Origin: Vitrella brassicaformis CCMP3155
Taxonomy: Eukaryota > Protista > Chromerida
NCBI GenBank assembly: GCA_001179505.1
Contig: CDMY01000273.1
Span: 62,001 to 126,000 of the forward strand
Length of the DNA stretch: 64,000 bases
Direction of reading: 5' to 3'
Shown here: positions 13,267-26,081 of the stretch, in pieces
Layout: every line of letters begins with the position of its first letter
How positions within the stretch are numbered: position 1 is the stretch's first letter
Notes under the pieces: generated by a model
Seen by the model: only the letters and a program-made list of their open reading frames with translations
The model's database searches: none
What the model was told of the DNA's origin: nothing
Made by a program: the position numbers and the translations under genes

Positions 13267-16099
13267 GATCCGTCCACTGGCGTGCGTGTGCGTGTTCAGT
13301 GAGGAGATGCTGATGGTGCCTGATCTGGCCAAGTTCGGCCGCTCGGAGCAGCTCCACTTCGCCACACAAGCGTGCCTGCACTACATGGTATCTCAGCCAC
13401 CCCGCACCCCGCACCACACTCACCTCACCCGCACACATCTCTGTCCTGATGTGATGTGCTGTGGTGTGATGTGATGTGGTGGTTGTTCAGGACAAGCACG
13501 GTCGTCTGCCGCCGGTGCGAGACGCGTCCGCTGTGTCTGACTGCATGGAGATCGCCACACGCCTCAACGAGGAGGCACAAAAGGACGGAGACGGCACTGT
13601 GACCGTCGAAAAGGTACGCCTTACCAAACACACACACACACCACCAGCACCACCACCCTCCACACACATACATGTGTGTGTGTGTGTGTGTGTGTGTCGA
13701 TCTGATCAGATTGACGAGATGGTGCTCAAGGCGGTGGTGTCGTACGCGTCGTGTCAGATCTCACCCATGGTCGCCTTCATCGGCGGCGTTGTCGCGCAGG
13801 AGGTCAGTCAGTCCGCAACACACGCCACACCACACCACACCACACCACACACACAGGCATATATCCACACACGTGTAAGCAACCGTGTGTGTTATGTCTG
13901 TTGTGGTGCAGGCGGTCAAGTACACGGGCAAGTTTGGCCCACTGCGCCAGTGGCTCTACGTCGACGCATTCGAATGCCTCGGCAAGGAGGAAGCCACAGG
14001 TGAGTGACTGAGTGAGTGGGCGCCATGGTGTGGATCAGATCAAGTCGAGGCAACCATGCGTCTGGCTGTCTGTCTGTCTCTTGTCGTGTCGGTGTCTCGA
14101 TCGGCCGATCGACTGACACCAGACACCGCGTCGACCAACTCTCGGTACGACGACCAGATCGCCATATTCGGCCAGGTCTTCCAGCAGAAACTCGCCAACA
14201 TGAAGATCTTCCTGGTGAGTGAGTGACTGTCGCACGCACACACACAAGAGCTGAGCTGACGGCGAGTGTGTGTGTGCGTGTGTGTGTGTGTGTCCGTGTG
14301 TGTGTGTGTGTGTAGGTCGGTGCGGGTGCGTTGGGCTGCGAGTTTTTGAAGAATTTCGCACTCATGGGCGTCTGCTGTGGCGGCAAGGGGTGAGCGAGGC
14401 GGTGGGTGCATTCAGACATACTACACCTTACCACACGTGTTTTGGTGTGTCGGTTGTGTGCCGTGCCATCCATGATCTGATCAGCAAGCTGACGGTGACC
14501 GACATGGACCGCATCGAAGTCTCAAACCTCAACAGACAATTCCTCTTCAGAAAGGTCGGGAGGGATCAGACCAAACACCACCCACACCAAAGACAGACAC
14601 CACAGCAACAGACGGACCAGACCTGCTGTCATGTACTGTGCTGTGCTGTGCGTGTGTGTTGGTGTGTATTGGTTGGTGATGCGATCGATGCAGGAGCACG
14701 TGGGCAAGCCAAAGTCCAAGACGGCCGCTGCTGCAGCCGAAGAAATGAACAAAGTAACTTCAGGACACACAAAGATGGAAACCATCACAGCTGTGACGGC
14801 ACGCACTCTGTGTGCGTCTGCACCTTCCTGTACCACTCACTCATATGTGTGTTGTGTGTTGTGTGTTGTGTGTTGTGCGTTGTGTGTTGGTTGCAGGAGC
14901 TGAAGGTGGAGTCCAGTGAGGTTCGTGTGGGTCCCGACACAGAGGACACCTTCAACGACGCCTTCTGGGACTCACTCGACTGCACCGTCAACGCACTCGA
15001 CAACATACAGGTCTGGTCTGGTTTGTGGCAGTGCAGTGCACAGCCCACTCCCTCCACAGCACAGCACATCCCGTTGTGTATGTGTGTGTCTGTGTGTGTG
15101 TGCGTGTGTGGCTGCATCACACCACGTCAGGCCCGTTTGTACGTTGACCAGCGCTGCGTGTGGTACCTGAAGCCTCTGCTCGAATCAGGCACACTGGGAA
15201 CCAAAGCCAACGTCCAGGTCAGTTGAGTCAACCCTAGCTAGACACACAACACACAAAGCCCTCCCTCCCTCCCCCCCACACACAAAGACACTTTCCCCAG
15301 TCAGTGCGCGTTCGTTGATGTGTTGTGTTGTGTTTGAACAGGTAGTGTTGCCGCACATGACCCAGTCGTATGGCGACTCGCAGGACCCCCCGGAGGAGAG
15401 CATCCCGCTGTGCACCCTCAAGCACTTCCCGCACCAGATCGAGCACACCATCGAGTGGTCGCGTGACGCCTTCCAGGGGCTCTTCCAGGACGGCCCGCAG
15501 GAGGTGCTCACCTTCCTCAAGGACCCCCAGGCCTACCTCGCCAAACTCAGCACCGAGGGCAGCCCGGCGCTGCAGAGGGAGAGGCTCGTCAAAATCAAGA
15601 CGCTGCTCACGTAAGCAGCCGAAATGAATGGGCAGATCAGAGACGTGGTGGTGTGTGATGTGATGATGGGTGTGTTGTGTTGTGTTGTGGCTGGTGTGGT
15701 GTGTCAGAACGATCAAGACGGGTGCGACGATGCAGGCGTGTGTGGACCGGGCTGTCAAGGTGTTCCAGGTACATAGGCCCGCCAACCAGCCAGCCAGGCC
15801 GCCACAGAAAGAAGAATGGCACACCACACCTGTGTGTTTGTGTGTGTGCTCCTGTAGGATTTCTTCCACGACCAGATCGCCCAGCTGATCCACACATTCC
15901 CACTCGACCACACCACCTCCGAAGGTGAGTACGTCCCACCCACCCAAACACACCGCAGCAGGCCATCCTTTGTCTGTGTCTGCCTGCCTCATACACCACA
16001 CACAGGTCAGCCATTCTGGAGCGGGCCGAAGCGGCCCCCCACACCCATCAGCTTCGACGCATCTGACGACACGCACCTCGTACGGCCCTACCGCACACA

Positions 16100-16135
<36 letters not shown>

Positions 16136-18074
16136 TAGAGAGAGAGGAGAAACCTGAGCCACACGCGCATTCTCTCCCTGTGTGTGTGTGTGTGTGTGTG
16201 TAGGATTTCGTGATGTCGTGTGCGAATCTGTTTGCGTTCAACATGGGAGTGCCCGAGTGCCGCGACCGCAATGCCCTACGCGACATGGCCAGGAATGTCA
16301 AAGTCGAACCATTCCGACCCAAGGAAATGAAAATCAAGGTGCGGTGCGCACGGAGCGGACACACAGACCGATAGATACACAGATAACACACACAGCACGC
16401 TTGAGCTCTGTGTGTGTGTGTGTGTGTGTTTGTGTGTGGATCAGACGAGTGACACGGACACGACTGTCGAGGGTTCGAGCGACGACGAGATGGTCATCCA
16501 GAAGCTCTCGGCCGAACTGTCCGCCATCGGTGAGAGAATGATGCCTACGGAGGGAGGGAGGGAGGGGGGATGCGGCCACGCACACAAGCGTCCACACACG
16601 TGCTGCGGGTTCACTTATGCATCGTTGCCCCCCTCTCTCTCTCTGTGTGTCTGGCCCTCTGTGTGTGTGTGTGTGTGTTCTCAGACGAGGCCTTCAAGAA
16701 GTCCATCAGCCTCAACCCATCGGAATTCGAAAAAGTCAGTCAGCGGTGCGGTTGGTTCGCGGACGCGGGAACCTCTCCATTGATGGGCGCGTGTGTGTGT
16801 GTGACCCCCCCACCCCCCACGACGTTTGTTTGTCAGGATGACGACACCAACTTCCACATTGACTTCATCACGGCATGCGCCAACCTGCGGGCACGAAACT
16901 ACAAGTACAGGCACACACACACACACACACACGCACCTCCCACCATCGATGCATCGCTCTCCCTCCCTGTGTGTGTGGTGGTAATCTAATCGTGTTGACT
17001 CACCACAGGATCACGGAGGCGGACCGCCACAAGTGCAAGATGATTGCCGGCAAGATCATCCCTGCCATCGCCACCACTACCGCCATGGTCACCGGTAGGG
17101 ACCTACCTCAACGAACCACACACACAGCACCTGAAGACGGCACAAAATCAATGCCTCATGCATGGTCGATGGATGGATGGCGCACTGTTTGTACGGCGCG
17201 GTGCAGGCATGGTGAGCCTGGAGTTGTTCAAGGTGGTCAACCGTGCTGAGCGCAAGATCGAGGACTTCAAGAACGCATTCGTCAACCTCGCCCTGCCCCT
17301 ATTCCTCTTCTCTGAACCTCTCCCGCCCATCAAGACCGTCGACAAGGTCACACACACACACACGCACACACACACCTCTGTGTGGATCTGGGCGTGGGTG
17401 TCCTGTGTCATGTCAGGACCACGATCCGATCATTATGGGTCCGGTGAAGGCCCGGCCCTACGGCTTCACGCCGTGGGACAAAGTGCACATCAGCATATGT
17501 AGGAAGGAAGCTCCACACCACACAAGACACAGCCCAGCCACACAGGACATTTCTTATGAGGGTATCTATCTGTCATGTGTCTGCGGTGTGTGGTATGGTG
17601 GGTGCAGCGAACGGGACGTTGCGTGACCTGATAGACTATTTGGCCAGGCACCACCAGGTGTCGGTCATGATCCTGTCGGTGGGCAACGCCTGCCTCTACA
17701 ACGCATACCTCCCCACGCACAGAAACCGACTCGACAAACAAATCGTGCGGGTACGTAGGCCGGTGCTGGTCGGACACACTGACACACACAGACACAGAGA
17801 GAGACCTGCGGATGGATGGATGGATCAGCTGTGGGAGGAGATTTCCAGGTCCACGCTGCCACCTGGCCGCACATACGTCGCCGTCGAGGTCAGCGAGTGA
17901 CACACACATCACATCCACACACAAACCCAGCAACACAGACACACATTTCATTCATTCATTCATTCATTCATGTGTGTGTGTGTGTGTGTGTGTGTATTGT
18001 AGGCGTCGTGTGCCGACTCGAACGACCAGACGGACGTCATCATCCCGACCATCAAGTTCCAATTCACCGACTGA
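11940..18074 (+). CDS. UBA1: Ubiquitin-activating enzyme E1
   Basis: [50 protein letters not shown], catalytic [34 protein letters not shown] and [14 protein letters not shown]. More than 25 short introns. Ends [10 protein letters not shown]. Confidence 0.97.
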
Positions 18075-18764
18075 CCCACTCACCCACTCATTCACTCATT
18101 CACTGCTCCTCGCTGCCTGCCTGCCTACCTGCCTGCCTGCCTGCCTGCCTGCCTGCTTACGGGGCTGTCTGCGTCGGTCCGTCGGTGGCTGCATGTGCGT
18201 TGCGTGTGGATGGATGGAAGGGCGGTTGGCTTTACTTACAGCTGGAAGCATGCGTTTCTGTGATTCTCTCTCTGTCGCCGACGACCCACGTCATCTCGCT
18301 CCCTCTCACTATATCTCGTCCTTCTGTAGTGTGTTGACACGCCCGTTGCCCATCCTCCTTCGTCGATCGCATGACCTGACCCATCGCACCGTGGGGGGAA
18401 GAAAGACAAACTGTGTGCTCCATCCATCCATCCATCCGTCGATCCCACCCACCCACACCAGACAGGGAGCCGCTTAGCGAGAGACACAAGAACGAACGCA
18501 ACGAGAGAGAAACGGGGCGGGCGATCAGCGGTCTGTATAGTTAGATGCTCTCACATGACTGACGATGGATGTCACATGCGCCCGACCCGACCGACCGTCA
18601 TGTGAGGCAGACAGGACAGGTAGCTCAGCTCGGTGGGAGGAAGAAAGAACGAGTGCATAGCGGAGCAGAGAGAGCAGCCGAACGAACGAACGAATCAAGG
18701 CAGTAGCATGCAGTAGCAGCAGACACACTCACTGACGTAGAAGCGCAGCAAGGGGCGGGCGGGC

Positions 18765-19064
18765 NNNNNNNNNNNNNNNNNNNNNNNNNNNNNNNNNNNN
18801 NNNNNNNNNNNNNNNNNNNNNNNNNNNNNNNNNNNNNNNNNNNNNNNNNNNNNNNNNNNNNNNNNNNNNNNNNNNNNNNNNNNNNNNNNNNNNNNNNNNN
18901 NNNNNNNNNNNNNNNNNNNNNNNNNNNNNNNNNNNNNNNNNNNNNNNNNNNNNNNNNNNNNNNNNNNNNNNNNNNNNNNNNNNNNNNNNNNNNNNNNNNN
19001 NNNNNNNNNNNNNNNNNNNNNNNNNNNNNNNNNNNNNNNNNNNNNNNNNNNNNNNNNNNNNNNN
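18765..19064. other. Assembly gap (300 N)
   Basis: Run of N. Confidence 1.
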
Positions 19065-19733
19065 GGGCGGGCATGCAGGTCCGGGGGGTGGGGGGTGGGT
19101 GAGCTCGAATTGGCTGTGTACTTTTGTGGGGCTGTTGGCGTGGTGGTCAGTGCCGTCAATGCCTCGGCCGAAACAAGCAGGTCGGCTGTTGAAAGACGAC
19201 CTGCTTGCTTCGGCGGGTTTCTTGATGGCACGAGCCGTCCATGCGTGGCTCGATCCATGCTGTGTTTACTGAATGTACTGTCATGTGACTGTGACATGGC
19301 GGAAGAGACAGGCCTTTCTGGTCCAACCATGCCATGCGTGTGTGTGTGTGGATGGGTGTGCCGTGTCGGTCGGGCAAGAGTGTGATATCATCCAGCCCAA
19401 ACAGACTAACATCCGGGAGGGGCCAAGCCAGCGGCATTCACAAAGGCAGTCGGGTGGTGGGTAGGTACAATCCGAGTCAGTCAGTTTCCGCATGCACACA
19501 CGAATCCGTCCGTCCGCCTGTCTGTCTGTCGCGTCGCCTCGCCTCTCACACGGGTGCACAGATACATGAGACTACACACGATCACCCGGTGGTCAGCCGC
19601 GCATCGATTCATTGGTTTGATGATACAATCCTCTGTCTACCCATCTCAGTCACGTCACACAGACAAAAACAGACAGGACGCTGGCTTGCCTCGTAGCTTC
19701 ATTCACAGACAGACACCACACGGCAAAAATCGC

Positions 19734-20617
19734 TCAGAAGCCCAGCGCGTGCAGGACCGGCACGGACTGGTCGACCCCCCTCTCGGCCGCGAAGGCCGCC
19801 ATCGCGATCATCGCCAGCCGGCCGTTCTTGAGCTCCTGCAGCTCAAGCTTCTTCTTCTCGGCGTCCGACTTGTTCTTGTACAACCTACAAACACACACGC
19901 ATACAACACCACCAACATAACCCCAGCCGACCAAGACCGTGTGTGTGCCGTGCCCTTCGCCCCACCTGAGTGGGTCGAAGCCGAGGTTGCCAGCGGGTCT
20001 CTCGGGCGTGCCCTGGAAGAGTCCGTCGTTGTATGTCTGGCCCTCGATGAGGCCGATGGCGGCGAAGATCTGGGGGATGGCCAGGGGGTGCTGCTGCAGC
20101 ACGGCCTTGTAGATGTCGATCCAGTCGTCGGGCTTGCTGTCGAGATAACCCGGGATCATCAGACCCAGCCGGTTGGCCGCGATGCCCAAGAAGGCAAGCA
20201 TGCAGACGCGGCCGTGCTTCAGCTCAGACTCCCGAAGCCACTGCGCAACACACACACACACACATGCCAAAACGTTCCATGTGTGTCCACCCATCCATCT
20301 TGGATCCATCTTGTCCTCACCTCAACAGACGGCCAGACCATGCTGCCGTATTCGCGAAAGAGGATGTTGCCGAGCTCGAACTTGCCGGTGAGCTTCCAGG
20401 GGTCCCATGGGCCCTTCATCATGGACTGTGTTTCCACGTCAGCTCCCACCATCTCCTCCAGCTTGGGCGACACGTCACGCTGAGACGTCACCTGCATCGT
20501 GACGTCACGCCGACCGCCCCGCACGCCGCCTACTCGAGATGGCAGCGGCTGGAACGCATTGGCGCCCACAGCCAGGCAGAGAGCGACGACGATGGACGAG
20601 ATGGTGAGATGGGCCAT
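19734..20617 (-). CDS. Light-harvesting complex (LHC, chlorophyll a-b/FCP superfamily) antenna protein
   Basis: Bipartite leader MAHLTISSIVVALCLAVGANA-F. Helix 1 WLRESELKHGRVCMLA, GNLGFDPL, helix 3 ELQELKNGRLAMIA. Two introns. Confidence 0.95.
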
Positions 20618-20892
20618 GATGCTGTGCCGTTTGGCCTTGGAAAATCTGCCTTGCTTCTGCTTGCTTATTCAGCGAGCTAACCAATCATCGGTGGATGTAA
20701 ACAGTGAAGCGACGGGTTTCTCCCCGCCCTAACACGGTACCAAGGGCGCAGGGCCATTCCGCCCTTCATCGGCTCGTTGGCAGCGTTCCTGACGGCTCAC
20801 TGCCCGAGATCTGCTGTCCTCGCCCCTCTCTCCCTCTACCTTGTGTGTGCTTCGCTGACACACATCGCAACGTGACACACACGCAGGGGGGC

Positions 20893-22123
20893 AGGTGCGC
20901 GAGGCGGACCTCATCCGCATGGTGGGTGCGTGACACGCCGAATTGATGTCGCTGTCTCGACGGCTGTGTGTGTGTGGGGTGTTTCTCTCTGCAGATGTCG
21001 TGTGGTGTGCGCGGTGCGATGCGGCGGTGCTCGGCGACGCACTCACTGCACTCGAAGAACAACTGGTACGCAGAGACGTTAGGACACCTGCAGGATTTTT
21101 CTCACAGGCGTCTGTCGATGTATGTGGTTTGTGTCGTCTGAATGGGTGCAGGTGTGACTGGCTGATGGCTTCGACGCGCTGATGCCGACGGTGTGATGTG
21201 ATGTGTGTTGAAGGAAGAAGATCGGCCGATGAACCGACAGACGTGCTGACTGAACTGAATCTCTCACTATGTCACATTTTGGTCGTGTGAGCCGATTGTT
21301 TTGCATTGTGTGGTTCTGCGTGTCGGTCGGTCTGGCTGCCATTGTCATACATTCTCGGCCGTCCACTCCTCAGCCGTCAGCTGCCATGCCGTCTGTCTGT
21401 GAGACAGAAGAGTGTGACGTATGTTCGCGAGAGTGTCTTGATCTCTCGTCGATGCATCCGTCACACAAGGGCGCCTCACAGACAGACGGGCCGACAGCAC
21501 ACACACACACACGCACAGGCGTCGTGTGGTGTGCGGTGCGGTGTTGCTCGGCGACACTCACTGCACTCGAACAACTGGTACGCACAGACGTTAGGATCAC
21601 ACGTACAGTAGGACAGGCAGGATTCACACACAGATATGTCTCTCTGTCGGTCGGTCGGTCGGTGTGTGTCGTCTGATTGGGTGCAGGTGTGACTGGCTGA
21701 TGGCTTCGACGCCCTGATGCCGACGGTGTGATGTGATATGTGCTGAAGGAAGAAGATCGGTCGATGAGCCGACAGACGTGCTGACCGAACTGAACTGAAT
21801 CTCTCACTATGTCACATTTTGGTCGTGTGAGCCGATCGTATGGCATTGTGTGGTTCTGCGTGTCGGTCGGTCTGGCTGCCATTGTCATCTGGTCCCGGCC
21901 CTCCACCCATCAGCCGTCTGCCGCCATGAGTGTGTCGGCTGATGAGTGAGGGGCGGGGGAGAGATGACAGACAGACAAGACAGACAGAGCAGGATGATTG
22001 GCTGGCTGGCTGCACAAAACAATCGCTGTGTGGTGTGGCGGTTGCCGTCTCTCTGTGGTTGGGTGGGCTGTGACGGTTGTTCGCGAGAGTGTCTTGATCT
22101 CTCGTCGATGCATCCGTCACACA
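20893..22123 (+). ncRNA. Candidate cluster of H/ACA-like hairpin RNAs (unconfirmed)
   Basis: Stem-pocket-stem hairpins followed by ACA 14-16 nt below the upper stem at 20895-20935, 21413-21467 and 22069-22123. A possible H box ACAGAA lies at 21404-21409. No canonical target identified. Confidence 0.25.
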
Positions 22124-22158
22124 CCGCCGGCTCACAGACAGACGGGCCGACAGCACTC
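20997..22158. repeat. Degenerate non-coding tandem duplication (copy A ~20997-21500, copy B ~21521-22158 with an insertion)
   Basis: Shared blocks CTCGGCGAC..CACTCACTGCACTCGAA, GTGTGACTGGCTGATGGCTTCGACGC, CTCTCACTATGTCACATTTTGGTCGTGTGAGCCGAT and GTTCGCGAGAGTGTCTTGATCTCTCGTCGATGCATCCGTCACAC each occur twice in the same order. Confidence 0.85.
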
Positions 22159-23376
22159 ACTGTCTATCTTTCGCCTATCTGGATGCATCCCCACAATGTT
22201 TCGTGTCTTGCCCTCTCCCTTTGTGCCCCTCTGTCTGCCTGTGCTTACGCGTGTGATACCCTGTGTGGTTGTCGTACCGTGTGTCCTCCCCCATCCCTCT
22301 GTGGGCATCTGTCCTCCAGTCCGGTAACGCCAGAGCATCAGCCCATGAAGGGTGTCGGTGCTTTTGGGTTGCCGGGCAGTGACAGAGATGCGCACAGGGC
22401 GGGTGGGGGAGGGAATGGACACACACGACTGCTGACCCATCCCACCAAACAAGACAGTGGATGTGTTCTTTTGTGTATTGTCATGCCTGTGTACCAACAC
22501 GAGAGAGAGAGAGAGAGATCGATCTGTTTATCTGTGCCGTGTGTCGTGATGAACACGTGTGAGAGTCGATACGCACACACACCCATGAAGTGCGAGGCAC
22601 GGATGCAACCATCTGTGCCTCGCACGGACGTACGTCGGCTTTTGTGTGCCTTTCTTTCTACGATGTGGCCACGACGCACGGCCGGTGAGTCTCTGGACGG
22701 TGGATGGGAAGAGAGAAAGAGAGAGAGAGAGATGGGACGGAGGTGTCTGTTTGGTGCTGCATGCGTGTGTTGGTGTGCTAGCTGTAGAGACGTGTCAGGT
22801 CATGCAACACAGTGAGTGTTGATCATCGCTGTGGTGGCCATCGAGCGTCAGACAGACACACACCACATACACACACAAAGGAAAGAAAGAAAGAGTGAAC
22901 TACCTGCTTTTGGTGTAGTCATACATACATGGCCAGCCGGCCGCTGCTGCTGCTGCTGCTGCTGTGAGTGACTTGTTTGCGTGGATGGATTGTGTGTGAC
23001 ACTGACCCACTTCGTCTCCCCAGCGCAGCGGTCATGTGTGTCGCTTTTGACTTGAGTGGCTGACATGTCCGCTTCATGAGGGGAGCTGATGTGGGCAGTG
23101 AGCACACAAACAATGAGATAATACTCACACGCACGCACACACACACACACACGGATGTGTGAGTGGTGTGTTGTGTAGTTGAGTGAATGAGTTGAGCGAA
23201 CGAGTGCTTCGCGCATCGGCCGCGGCGGACCGATCGCAGCGGGTGAGTTTGATGTGATCGGTGGCGTCATCAACGGATAATATAAACACATTACAGAGCT
23301 CGACTAACACAGGCGCGGAGACCACCGGGCCAGGGTCACGGGGGTAAAGGGTTTTGCACCCTACCCTACAGTGCAG

Positions 23377-25722
23377 ATGAGTGGTGGACACACGCTGACC
23401 CAGGCGCTGGCCAAGCACGTGGCGCATCGCAAGCTGGGCATCCCCGTGAACAAGGTCAAGTCAGACGAGCCTGCCGCCCTGCGGAAGGTGCTCGTTGGTG
23501 TGGCGACTGGGCTGGAGAACCTGCTGGAGCGGGAGCTGAAGAGCCTGGGCATCGAGGGGACCTTCCAGAAGGTGGCGGGAGGCGTGCAGGTCGAAGGGAC
23601 CGATGATCTGCTGTGGCGCATCTGCCTCAAGAGGTGAGTCAGTCGGATGCATGAACATGCGACGAATGAATCATTCATCGCGTGATGCCGGTTGATTTGT
23701 CTGTGTTTGTTTGTTTGTGTGTGCAGCCGCATTGCCGAGAGCGTGAAGCTTTGCCTGTGCGACCCTTTCCATGCCAAGGACGAGAAGCACCTCGTCAACA
23801 ACCTGCACGCCATCCCATGGTGAGTGGGTGGGAGGGCGGATCCATCCATCCGCGTAAGATGCATTCGATTCACGTGCCCTCATCAGGGGTCACTACTTCC
23901 CATTCTTCGCCACGATGCAAGACCCCCCGATCAAGGTGAGGTCACGACACCCACCGCCCTCTCACCTCTCACCTCACACCGACCACAAGTCAGTCACGTT
24001 GTGCACTGCAGGTTGAGTCGTCCCGTTCGCGTCTGTTCCACACCAAGATGATAGAGCGGGCGGTGGTGGACGCCATCCGCGCTGAGCTGAGGACACACGT
24101 GGAGGAAAAGGGCGACCCCATACGATCCATGCACGCCAGAAGGGGAGGTAGGCATGGCATGGCATGGCATGCACTGACCGACCGACCGATGAATGAGGGC
24201 TTCTTCAACCAATCCCTGTGTGGTGCCATCCTGGCTGGCTGGTTGGGTTGCTGAATGCATTCAGTGCAGCGCGCTGCGAAAGTGGAAGTGCAGCTCCATC
24301 ACAATGAGTGCCAGGTGAGGGGCAGCAGGGCCCAAATTGCAACGGCATCCATATTAACCAAAGATAGATCTATGTGACGGCTGATTTCCTGCCTGCCTGC
24401 GTGCCTGATTGACAGATCTATCTTGACGGCTCTGGTGACCTGGGAAGGCGACTGTGGCGAGAAACCGTCGGCACACTCCCACTCAGGCACGCGAAGCCAC
24501 GCCACCATCACGCCAACACATTCATATCACCAAATGGTGTTTGCTGGTGTCTGCAGGGAGAATCTGGCGGCGGCGATAGTGCTTAAGACGCCATTCCTGA
24601 AGCTTCTATGCGAGGACAGGGGTGTGGCTCTGTGGGACCCCTTCTGCGGGGCGGGCACCATCCTGCTGGAAGCGCTCGGGATCGCCATGGGCCATCCCGC
24701 AGGCTCGCCGCGGATCCGCTATCCCTTCTATGACGTGAGCAATCCGGCGGGCGTCAAGCTAGCTGAATGTGCCTCCCTCCCTTACCTTGCGGCTTTTCTG
24801 TCTGTGTATGTCGATGTCGTCAGTTCCCCTGTCACAGCGCTCGGCGCTTCTCTGAGGTGCTTTCAGATCTCGCACTCACGTACGCAGCGTCCGTGCCTCC
24901 GTCTGTGATACTGACTGACGTCATCTTCTCCGTCTGTTTGTTCTACCTACCTGCATCCATTTAGCCCTCACCCCAACTTGGCGAATCTGACGCTGCTGGG
25001 CACCGACATGCGGGAGCAGGAAGTGAATGGCGCCCGGAAGAACCTGACCACCTTCTGCGAGCGGATGCCGCGGCAAGCGTCGCCCGACTATGAGCCCCCC
25101 CTGGCCGCCCAGCCGAGACTCAGTGGTAGAGGGAGGAGTCAGGCTGAATGTGGTGGTACAAAACCTTTGTGTTGGCTGATGGGATGCAGGTGATGACGGC
25201 ACTGCCGCTGCATCGTCCCCGTCGTCCTCCGAGAGTCAGCTGCCGGCCAAGATCAAGTTCGTGCACACCGAACCATGGAAGGTACAAACAACAGAAGAAA
25301 CACACGCTGACCGAGTCAGACCAAGAAAAAGCTCCACTCCCCAAACGTTTGCGTGTCTGGCAGGTTGGCTCCTACGTGGACAACTGCATGATCGTGACGA
25401 AGGTGCCCTACGGCCGGCAGCTGGGCAGCGAGGCGCTTCGCCGCATCTACCAGAAGTTCGCCAGGCTGCTGCTGAGCCGGCACGACTGGCGGGGCGTGTA
25501 CTGTCTGGCTTCTCGGAGAGACTTCAAGATCGTCACAGGACTCGACTGGCGGACGGAGCTGCGGTTCAAGAACAAAGACACGGTCGTCGAGCTGCTCAGC
25601 TGGTATGTGTTTGCATCATTCACTAGACGAGTGCATCCGCGTATGGATGTGTGTGTGTCTATGTGTCGATGTTCAGGAGTGGCGGAAAGAAGAGCTGGGA
25701 TTCCTACTACACGGACGACTGA
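23377..25722 (+). CDS. THUMP-domain RNA methyltransferase (RlmL/Trm14/THUMPD3-like)
   Basis: VATGLENLLEREL, CLKSRIAESV, RENLAAAIV, SAM-binding WDPFCGAGTILLEA, LLGTD and IVTKVPYG. Multi-exon; an upstream exon is possible. Confidence 0.85.
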
Positions 25723-26081
25723 TTGATGCGGTAACGATTTGGCGTCTTGGTGTTCGTGTGTGGGGCGCGCCGCGGCGTGGCGTGGCTGGTGCAGTGCAGG
25801 TGGTTTGTAGATGCGTTGGTTTGTAGATACCGCAGGTTCGTGTGCAGAAACAGATATCTATAGCTAGTCGGGGTGCGAACATACGTACATGATGGAGTTG
25901 TGGCCACACTTTATATCCGATGTGTCCCGTGCTTCGACAGACAAAGTGTCTCAGCCAACTTATTGAACACATGTGACATGTCTCTTGCAAGTCATCATAC
26001 CACCAATGAATGCCTTACTACCCGACACACACAAACCCTTTCACACACACACGGCTTCAACCACTCAGCCACCACGTCTCT

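Noticed and set aside
11593-18501. Many ORFs rich in CVCV or HTHT
   Set aside because: Translations of intronic (GT)n/(AC)n microsatellites, not metal-binding proteins.
18625-19330. ORFs spanning the first N gap
   Set aside because: Their length is an artefact of Ns. The flanking translations are low-complexity and unsupported.
21273-21283. ACATTTTGG as a dinoflagellate spliced-leader or Sm site
   Set aside because: The flanks do not match the 22-nt leader (CCGTAGCCATTTTGGCTCAAG), and no snRNA fold was recognised.
21449-21455. Pocket strand TCGATGC as a guide for the 5.8S motif GCATCGATGAAGAAC
   Set aside because: The other pocket strand pairs only out of canonical register, and the organism's 5.8S sequence is not available here.
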